From Candidatus Thorarchaeota archaeon (GTDB lineage Archaea > Asgardarchaeota > Thorarchaeia > Thorarchaeales > Thorarchaeaceae), in assembly GCA_029855935.1 (NCBI GenBank), contig JAGSHN010000022.1, positions 1 through 64,000 on the forward strand: DNA of 64,000 nucleotides, read 5' to 3'. A program made the position numbers and the translations under genes. Under the pieces are notes generated by a model. That model searched no databases. It saw nothing but the letters and a program-made list of their open reading frames with translations, and was not told where the DNA came from. Of this stretch, positions 57,141 through 64,000 are shown piece after piece. Position 1 is the first letter of the stretch. The number at the start of each line of letters is the position of its first letter.

Positions 57141-58148
57141 TCATCCTTCAAAGAGCCGCAGGGCAAGGCCGTACGCCTCAAGAAGCTTGTCCTGCTGTCG
57201 CTCCCATACCAGATTCTTGTGAGCGAACTCCATGATCTTGCTGGGGTCGGCAGGTTCATGTTCCGATAGAATCACAGGAATGTCCCGATATTCTCTGAAG
57301 GGAATCGTATAGGGCAGCCTACCGTGGGCCTCATAGAGGGCCTCTGTCATCAGGACTTCCAATCCGCAATTCAGATAGTCGAAGGTCTTTGCGGAATTGG
57401 AGTACTTGGTATACGGGGTTGTCTTGAATGGCAACAGCCCGTAGCGATACTCTGTGAGTCTCAGATACAGCTCCCGTCTGTCCAGCCCGTGTAGGACATG
57501 AAACTTGACGAAGTCTGTCAGCCCGGTCATGTCCCGGTGAGCTGCGAAACGTCTTCTGATGAAATCGGAACCGATGTACGCGATTCCGTGCCGATTTCTA
57601 TTGACAGGTAGTTCGCGGACCTCACGTAGGAGAGGGTAGTTGTGTAGTACGTAGACGTGACGACAATAGCGCCGGTGCTCCTGGGCAATTCTCTCACTCA
57701 CAGTGACTGTGACATGCTTAGAGAGAATGTCCCGCTCCCAGAAGGGAATCAAATGAACAAAGGGTCTGACTGTGATTGACTGTCGACCAGCTAGAGCGAG
57801 TAGGGAGTACCTCTGCTTGCTCCAATACTCGTGATCGTCGTAGACCATAGGAACAGACAGACCAGACGTGAAATGACCCGCTATGATGTCGTTGGCGTGT
57901 ACAAGGTCAGGATCGATTCGCGAGATTGCCTTGCGCCAGGCTCTTCTGAAGGGCCAGTCGAAGACGACCTGCAGGTAGTTTATGCGAGGCAGCATAATCA
58001 CGCCACGGAAGACATCTAGGGACGGCCTGCCAGTTCGGCCAATACCGAGAAAGTACACATCGTGACCGTTCTGGCGTGCAACAAAGGCAGCGCGCTCAAT
58101 CCTCTGGTCGGGCAGACCGCTGTGGCTTGCATACAGAACTCTCATCAA
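57141..58148 (-). CDS. GT4-like glycosyltransferase
   Basis: PDQRI, VHAND, VYDDHEYW, AKTFDYLNCGL. Confidence 0.8.
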   Translation of the reverse strand: MMRVLYASHSGLPDQRIERAAFVARQNGHDVYFLGIGRTGRPSLDVFRGVIMLPRINYLQVVFDWPFRRAWRKAISRIDPDLVHANDIIAGHFTSGLSVPMVYDDHEYWSKQRYSLLALAGRQSITVRPFVHLIPFWERDILSKHVTVTVSERIAQEHRRYCRHVYVLHNYPLLREVRELPVNRNRHGIAYIGSDFIRRRFAAHRDMTGLTDFVKFHVLHGLDRRELYLRLTEYRYGLLPFKTTPYTKYSNSAKTFDYLNCGLEVLMTEALYEAHGRLPYTIPFREYRDIPVILSEHEPADPSKIMEFAHKNLVWERQQDKLLEAYGLALRLFEG

Positions 58149-58460
58149 TCAATCCCACTTGGCAGACATTTCTCGCCAATCAGGTGCGAGCCTGAACCAA
58201 TTTGCCAGACATATAGTAGTTGCGGTCCCAAACTCGCCTGCGAAGCACCAGTAGCGCCGACGAGAGAAATGCGCTATTTGGCCGAGGAAGATGGTGTGTC
58301 CCCAATCGCCCGCCCATTCTCCGAGGTAGCATCTCAGATGTCATAAGGGACACCACTCGGATAGAGAGGACGGCACGACCATTTTCTCGCCGGACAAGTT
58401 GTGACGCTTGGTAACAGTTATAACCTTCGAGAGGTCCACCGCGGGACTTGGTGCCTAGGG

Positions 58461-59768
58461 TTGGACACATCAGGAAAGCGACTTGTTGTTGTCGGGCTTG
58501 GATACGTCGGGGTTCCTGTTGCAGCCAAGTTTGCTGAGGCAGGGCTTCAGGTGACAGGAATTGATATTGTCGAGAGAAAGGTTGAGCTGATCAACAAGGG
58601 GACTTGCCCATTCACTGGGGATGAACCGGGACTGGCAGACCTTCTGGAAAAGATGGTCAGGAATGGCAGGCTGAATGCCACGACAGACTACTCGGTCATA
58701 CAACACGCGGACTACGTCCTGATTGTTGTGGAAACACCCTTTGACCTCAGAAGCCGTGAACCATACTACAAGGCGCTACGGTCGGCCTGCAAGAGCATTG
58801 GGAAGAATCTAAGATCAGGGACCCTTGTGGTCGTGGAGTCGACAGTCGCACCCGGCACCACCAACAACATCGTCCGACCAATCTTGGAGGCGGAGTCAGG
58901 TCTGAAGGCGGGCGAAGACTTCTTTCTGGCGACCGCGCCTGAGCGCGTGATGCCAGGCAAGCTTCTTCACAACATCACGTATCTCGACAGAAACATTGGG
59001 GGAATCAACCCGGAGAGTACGGGGAGAGCTCTGGAACTCTATTCTCTGATAGCCAAGGGGAACTTGCACCCTACAGACGCCATCACTGCGGAGGTTGTGA
59101 AGACCACTGAGAACGCATATCGAGATGTCCAGATAGCATTCGCAAACGAGATTGCACTGCTGTGTGAGAACATAGGCGTGGACGTATACGAGGTTCGCGA
59201 ACTGGTCAACAAGCTTGAGGACAGACATATGCTGATGCCTGGAGCGGGTGTAGGGGGCCATTGTCTCCCAAAGGACTCGTGGCTTCTGGCCTTTGGAACA
59301 AGAGGAAAGCACGAGCCGAAACTGATTGCCGTCGCCAGGGAGATAAATGACGGAATGCCCCGTCATATGTCCGAGCTCTGCGAATCGGCCCTGAGAGAGG
59401 CTGGCAGGGGGGTCTACGGCTCAAGGATAACAATTCTCGGACTCGCATATCTGAGGAACACAGATGACACGCGAAACTCGCCAGCATTCCCGTTGATCAA
59501 GGCACTAGAGGTACTCGGTGCCATCCCGACCGTACACGACCCATACGTGAGAGAGGCAAACGGCATCAAGCCGCTGGCTGACCTTGATGAGGCAATAGAG
59601 GGCTCGGACTGCATTGCCATCGTCACCGAGCACAGCCAGTACTACGACCTAGACCTCGACCACGTGAAATCGCTGATGCGAACGCCCATCATAGTCGACG
59701 GTCGAAAGGTGGTTGACAAGGAGGAATGCATCAAGAAGGGGTTCATATTCAGAGGGATTGGGCGGTAG
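58461..59768 (+). CDS. Nucleotide-sugar dehydrogenase (second paralogue)
   Basis: GLGYVG, ESTVAPGTT, PERVMPG, GVGGHCLPKD; TTG start at 58461. Confidence 0.92.
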   Translation: MDTSGKRLVVVGLGYVGVPVAAKFAEAGLQVTGIDIVERKVELINKGTCPFTGDEPGLADLLEKMVRNGRLNATTDYSVIQHADYVLIVVETPFDLRSREPYYKALRSACKSIGKNLRSGTLVVVESTVAPGTTNNIVRPILEAESGLKAGEDFFLATAPERVMPGKLLHNITYLDRNIGGINPESTGRALELYSLIAKGNLHPTDAITAEVVKTTENAYRDVQIAFANEIALLCENIGVDVYEVRELVNKLEDRHMLMPGAGVGGHCLPKDSWLLAFGTRGKHEPKLIAVAREINDGMPRHMSELCESALREAGRGVYGSRITILGLAYLRNTDDTRNSPAFPLIKALEVLGAIPTVHDPYVREANGIKPLADLDEAIEGSDCIAIVTEHSQYYDLDLDHVKSLMRTPIIVDGRKVVDKEECIKKGFIFRGIGR

Positions 59769-59804
59769 ATGCCCACCGCTGGTGCCTGAGAAAAAGACCA
59801 CCGA

Positions 59805-60470
59805 CTACTGTGGAGGCCTCTGGAACCTAATGATTGTCTTTTCCTGCACAAATGCCTCTGCATACGGCACCCCTATCTGCGCTCCATAGTAGCCCATATG
59901 GGAACGAATTGCGTTGATCTCAAAGTAGCCCCTCTTCTCCACTTGGGACCTGTATGAGTGGAGCATTTCCACTTTTTCCCGCACCTCATCCTCGCTCAAC
60001 GGAACATAGACGTGAGGAACGAAACCGGGACAGTTGCCCGGAATCTCATAGGCCAATATGGTTGCATCACGCTTCAGAAAGGCTCGGAGGGTCTCCTCGG
60101 CAACGGTTCTATGATCTTGGTGAAGATCGCCCTTCCAGGTGGCCAGTATCAGGTCATAGGGCGTCTCGCGCCCAAGCCGGTATATCGTGTCCAGAATGGC
60201 CTGTCTATGCTCCGGAAATTCCCGCACCGGAAAGTCAAGAATCGTCAGGTCGTCAATTCCGAGATGCCTTGCTGCAGCCTGACATTCTTTGCGCAGGACA
60301 TCAGGGGGATACTTGGATGTATCAACACTCTTCTTGCAGTCGCTGAAGACTACAGACTTTACGTGTGCTCCGGCTCGGACCAGCATCCTGACAGCCCCCC
60401 CAGCGCCGAGCTCCATGTCATCGGTGTGCGGCGACAGGACCAGTACTTCATTCACATTCCAGAACATCAT
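59805..60470 (-). CDS. PIG-L/LmbE family N-deacetylase
   Basis: SPHTDD.ELG.GG, HQDH, Y.SQ, YAEAF. Confidence 0.9.
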   Translation of the reverse strand: MMFWNVNEVLVLSPHTDDMELGAGGAVRMLVRAGAHVKSVVFSDCKKSVDTSKYPPDVLRKECQAAARHLGIDDLTILDFPVREFPEHRQAILDTIYRLGRETPYDLILATWKGDLHQDHRTVAEETLRAFLKRDATILAYEIPGNCPGFVPHVYVPLSEDEVREKVEMLHSYRSQVEKRGYFEINAIRSHMGYYGAQIGVPYAEAFVQEKTIIRFQRPPQ

Positions 60471-60667
60471 CTGTATCCAGATGCGCGGCCTTGAAGAACC
60501 AGATATCTGTTTTGCTGAGTCTCGCGTTTCGCAGTCCCAGGGCCTCACACCTCTCGAACAAGCACTCGTGCGCCACACTGAACGCTCACGTCGGGTGGTT
60601 CTCACAAAAGGTTCATCAGAGGCTTGCTCGCCCGATAGAGCCTGTCCACGCATCGGAGACCTATGGC

Positions 60668-61756
60668 ATGAGAGACCTGACCGTTCTTGTCACGGGAGCG
60701 ACAGCGCCCGGTTTCGTGAGTATCGTGAAGGCTCTGAGGAAGAGCCGCAAGTACAGAATGAGAATCATAGGGACAGATTTTCGCCTTCGGCCCAGTTCCT
60801 TTCACTTTGCGGACGAGGCCATCCTCTTGCCCGACAACAGGTCATCTGAGTTTGCGAACGCACTCATAGAGGTGTGCGAGAAGAAGCACGTCGATGTTAT
60901 ACTGCCCATTCGGACTGACGATCAGCTTCCAATCTGCGAGAATCTGAGACAGTTCAGAGAGGTTGATACGGAACCAGCAATCGTGGTCACGAATCCCAGG
61001 CTGATGCGAACGCTACTTGACAAGAAGAAGTTGTTGGAGTACAGTTCACGTGTACTGGACTTGGAGATCCCGCGGTTCGCGTCAGCGAGCACCCGGACAG
61101 ACCTTGAGAAGGCAGTTGAGAGGTTGGGATATCCTGACAGACCAGTCGTCGTAAAACCCTCCCTGTCACAAGGAAGCCGCGGGTTCAGGATCCTCGACGC
61201 CACAAAGGACCGTCGAACACTGTTCTTTGAGGAGAAGCCAACGGGCATCTACACAACGCTGGATGACTTGGTGAGCATTGTCGGCGAGAGGTTCCCAGAG
61301 CTCCTTGTGATGGAATACCTCCCGGGAAAGGAATACACATTGGATGTCCTGTGCAGAAAGGGACGCACCTTTGCAGTAGTTCCACGTCTGAGAGTAAGAA
61401 TGACGGGCGGAATAACAACTGGCGGCATAGTGGCAAAGGACGAGAACTATGAGACTCTCCACTCCACTGCCTCCGCGCTAGTCGAGGGCTTTGGAGCCTC
61501 ATACAATCTTGGCATGCAGCTGAGGGAGTCCGACTCGGGGACACCGCTCTTGCTTGAGATAAATCCTCGGCTGCAGGGCACAACAATCATCAGTGTAGCC
61601 GCGGGGGTCAACATCCCGGAACTGATGGTACAGATGGCCCTCCGCGAATACGACTACGACACCCGCTTTGATGTGCGCTGGGGACTTGAGATGGATCGCG
61701 TCTGGTTTGAAGTCTTCCAGTTTGAGGAAAGGACGTGGGCGACTGATGACCTCTGA
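60668..61756 (+). CDS. ATP-grasp ligase
   Basis: LDK, VVKP..SQGSRG, MEYLPGKEY, LEINPRLQG. Confidence 0.9.
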   Translation: MRDLTVLVTGATAPGFVSIVKALRKSRKYRMRIIGTDFRLRPSSFHFADEAILLPDNRSSEFANALIEVCEKKHVDVILPIRTDDQLPICENLRQFREVDTEPAIVVTNPRLMRTLLDKKKLLEYSSRVLDLEIPRFASASTRTDLEKAVERLGYPDRPVVVKPSLSQGSRGFRILDATKDRRTLFFEEKPTGIYTTLDDLVSIVGERFPELLVMEYLPGKEYTLDVLCRKGRTFAVVPRLRVRMTGGITTGGIVAKDENYETLHSTASALVEGFGASYNLGMQLRESDSGTPLLLEINPRLQGTTIISVAAGVNIPELMVQMALREYDYDTRFDVRWGLEMDRVWFEVFQFEERTWATDDL

Positions 61757-62150
61757 TATTGTCATACTTGATCTGGACGAGACTCTTGTCCGCAGAGATG
61801 GCTCACACGATGATCTGGCGGCCCTGCGAACTCTCAGGGAGATGGGGGTGGAGCTCTGTCTCGCGTCACGCAATGATCTGTACCACGCGGAGGACGTTCT
61901 CCAATCGTTGCAAGTCAGAGAACTCTTCAGCCTTGTGATGGCGGATTTCCGTCCCAAGTGGATTCAGGTGCGCCACATTCTCACACACTACGAAACGCGG
62001 GGACTGAGCATTGGTCGCGTGGTCTTTGTTGATGACTACGGCCCCAACGTGATGGAGGTTCGTAGGCATCTGCCAGACGTGATAGCACTGCAGTACGGAG
62101 TGGACATCAGAGAGCTGTCAGAGATTCTGGAGCAGATACGGAGTGATTGA
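61746..62150 (+). CDS. HAD-IIIC/MDP-1-like phosphatase
   Basis: LDLDETL, ASRN, PK, FVDD...N. Confidence 0.82.
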   Translation: MTSDIVILDLDETLVRRDGSHDDLAALRTLREMGVELCLASRNDLYHAEDVLQSLQVRELFSLVMADFRPKWIQVRHILTHYETRGLSIGRVVFVDDYGPNVMEVRRHLPDVIALQYGVDIRELSEILEQIRSD

Positions 62151-62198
62151 AGACAACGCTCATAGGAGTACTTGACGGATGAGGTACTTTGAAGGACG

Positions 62199-63221
62199 GT
62201 GGGCAACATCTTGAAGATTCTTCACGCAAGTCACAAGGGCCTCCCTGATCAGCGCATAGAACGCGCAGCCTACGTGGCTCGAAAACACGGACACCAGATC
62301 ATCTTTCTTGGCATGGGCAACAAGGACCAGCCCGATCTCGATGTCTTTGATCGGATAGTGATGCTGCCCAGTATCAACAACCGTCAGGCCGTCACTGACA
62401 AGGGTGCTCGGCGGCGATGGGCTCGGGCTGTGGAGGAGATATCCCCTGACATTGTACACGCCAATGACATCATAGCTGCAGAGTTCACACGTGCCCTAGA
62501 TGTGACGATGGTCTATGACGATCACGAGTATTGGAGCGCTCAGCGCATTGTATACCAGAACTGGCCGGCATGGAAGAGACTGGCAATTCGACCATTTCTC
62601 AAGGCAATTCCCCGCTGGGAACGGGAGATCGTCTCGCACCACGTCACCATCACAGTGAGCCAGGCAATTGCACAGGAACACAGGCGCTACGGAAAGTATG
62701 TCTTTGTACTGCAGAACTTCTGCCTCTTGGATGAGGTCAAGGACCTTCCCGTGAATCCGCAGAGGAGCGGTATCGCCTATGTCGGTGATGATTTCAGGAG
62801 AAAGAAGTTCAGCCCTCACCGGGATATGACCGGCCTGCGTGAACACGTAGAGTTCGATGATTTCTCGGGCCTTCCACGGCGAGAACTGTACTTGAGGCTC
62901 ACGGAGTACAAATACGGCCTACTACCATTCAGGACCAATCCCTACACCAGGTACTCCAACTCGGCAAAGACGTTCGACTATCTGAACTGCGGGCTTGTTG
63001 TCTTGATGAGCCGCGGCCTCTATGACGCACACGGTGGGCTACCGTATACGGTTCCCTTCGACTCGTATGATCAAATAGGTGAGATTGTTGAGGGGTACGA
63101 CGCGCCCCCGCCCGAGGAGATAATGCGCTACGCCCACGAAAACTTCGTCTGGGAGGCACAGGAGAGGACCCTCTTTGAGGCGTACAGCACGGCTCTAGAG
63201 CTAGACGCACACCACTCTTAA
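62199..63221 (+). CDS. GT4-like glycosyltransferase, close paralogue of 57141-58148
   Basis: Shares GLPDQRIERAA, MVYDDHEYWS, HRDMTGL, RRELYLRLTEY, YSNSAKTFDYLNCGL. Confidence 0.82.
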   Translation: MGNILKILHASHKGLPDQRIERAAYVARKHGHQIIFLGMGNKDQPDLDVFDRIVMLPSINNRQAVTDKGARRRWARAVEEISPDIVHANDIIAAEFTRALDVTMVYDDHEYWSAQRIVYQNWPAWKRLAIRPFLKAIPRWEREIVSHHVTITVSQAIAQEHRRYGKYVFVLQNFCLLDEVKDLPVNPQRSGIAYVGDDFRRKKFSPHRDMTGLREHVEFDDFSGLPRRELYLRLTEYKYGLLPFRTNPYTRYSNSAKTFDYLNCGLVVLMSRGLYDAHGGLPYTVPFDSYDQIGEIVEGYDAPPPEEIMRYAHENFVWEAQERTLFEAYSTALELDAHHS

Positions 63222-63305
63222 AGACGGGCGTCGATGAACAACGGAACCGCATCCACAGTCAGTGCAGTGCCATCCTGCAGACCCAGACTATTGATGAGGC
63301 GATAT

Positions 63306-64000
63306 CTAGCTGCTCGTGGAGGAACGGTGCGAGGCAAACAGTCTTGCCATACACCACCGCACAATATCAAGAAGGACTAGAATGCCGAGTACAATGCTCG
63401 CGACTACTATACCATAGTAGGCGACCTCCCAGTTCAGAAGCTCGTCCAGAACGAAGAGGGGACGCGTCTTGTACCCGCTCCACTTGTTGTGGTAGTACTG
63501 GAATATTGTGACACCCGTGTACTCGTACAGCTTGCCCGTCAGGTCAACATGGATCTTCTGATAGTTTAGTGGGGCCAGCTTCACTGGATAGGCGAGATGA
63601 TAACGCGTCCAGTTGTAGGGCAGGTCATACTTGTATAGATTCGAGGCCGCTGCAACGACACCAAGATTGAACACCTTTGTCAATCGCGACATATTCAACA
63701 CGAGGTTCGCCTGATAGAGATGGTGAAGTGCAAATAAGAACCCATTCAGGACAAGAGGGCTACTGTAGGAGGGGTCAATGCTGGGAGGGACAATGTACTC
63801 CGGATACCAGGAGGTTCCATCGTCGAGAACCAGCAAGTCACCGCCCTGCTCAACTGGAACCTCAAAGGAGGTCACAATCCTCTCACAGACCTCAAGCACA
63901 GACTCATCGTGGTAGATTCCGTAGTATAGGGCCAGAGCGTTGATTGCCTTTGCATCGACCATCGAGGAGTACCATCCAACCGGCAAGTCCCAGATGGCAA
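63306..64000 (-). CDS. D-glucuronyl C5-epimerase family protein with C-terminal TM anchor (5' end outside the window)
   Basis: WYSSM, WYPEY, VLNGFLFAL, YD...Y.L, Y..IH, KW..Y match the GLCE C-terminal domain. Confidence 0.85.
   Translation of the reverse strand, partial: AIWDLPVGWYSSMVDAKAINALALYYGIYHDESVLEVCERIVTSFEVPVEQGGDLLVLDDGTSWYPEYIVPPSIDPSYSSPLVLNGFLFALHHLYQANLVLNMSRLTKVFNLGVVAAASNLYKYDLPYNWTRYHLAYPVKLAPLNYQKIHVDLTGKLYEYTGVTIFQYYHNKWSGYKTRPLFVLDELLNWEVAYYGIVVASIVLGILVLLDIVRWCMARLFASHRSSTSS

Noticed and set aside
1-64000. tRNA, rRNA, IS/integrase, CRISPR and selenocysteine read-through
   Set aside because: No cloverleaf or T-loop consensus, transposase or integrase motif, repeat-spacer array or conserved in-frame TGA seen by eye; tRNAscan-SE and Infernal would be needed to exclude small RNAs.

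Overview
Gene-dense, GC-rich archaeal chromosomal segment, most likely from an Asgard archaeon (Thorarchaeia-like). This taxonomy is inferred from gene content: an Ost5/TMEM258 homologue, a two-domain RPB5-like Rpo5, Mer, NreA, EndoQ and an ASH-Ski2 helicase. Bases 1-46.7 kb hold housekeeping, repair and metabolic genes mixed with unannotated proteins. Several of these resemble eukaryotic membrane-trafficking or regulatory proteins: a SNAP-like solenoid fused to Ig-like domains, a coiled coil ending in a Vps28-like domain, a PRMT-like methyltransferase, and a 51-aa acidic, Trp-rich micro-protein absent from the ORF track. Bases 46.8-64 kb form a surface-glycan locus: two nucleotide-sugar dehydrogenases, WecB, a TagF-like polyol-phosphate transferase coupled to an IPCT-like cytidylyltransferase, three GT4s, an AsnB-type amidotransferase, a PIG-L deacetylase, an ATP-grasp ligase, a three-copy unknown membrane domain and a membrane-anchored D-glucuronyl C5-epimerase cut by the window edge. 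I recognised no rRNA, tRNA, CRISPR array or transposase. All family calls come from motifs read by eye; no searches were run. Reference sequences are quoted from memory and should be re-verified.
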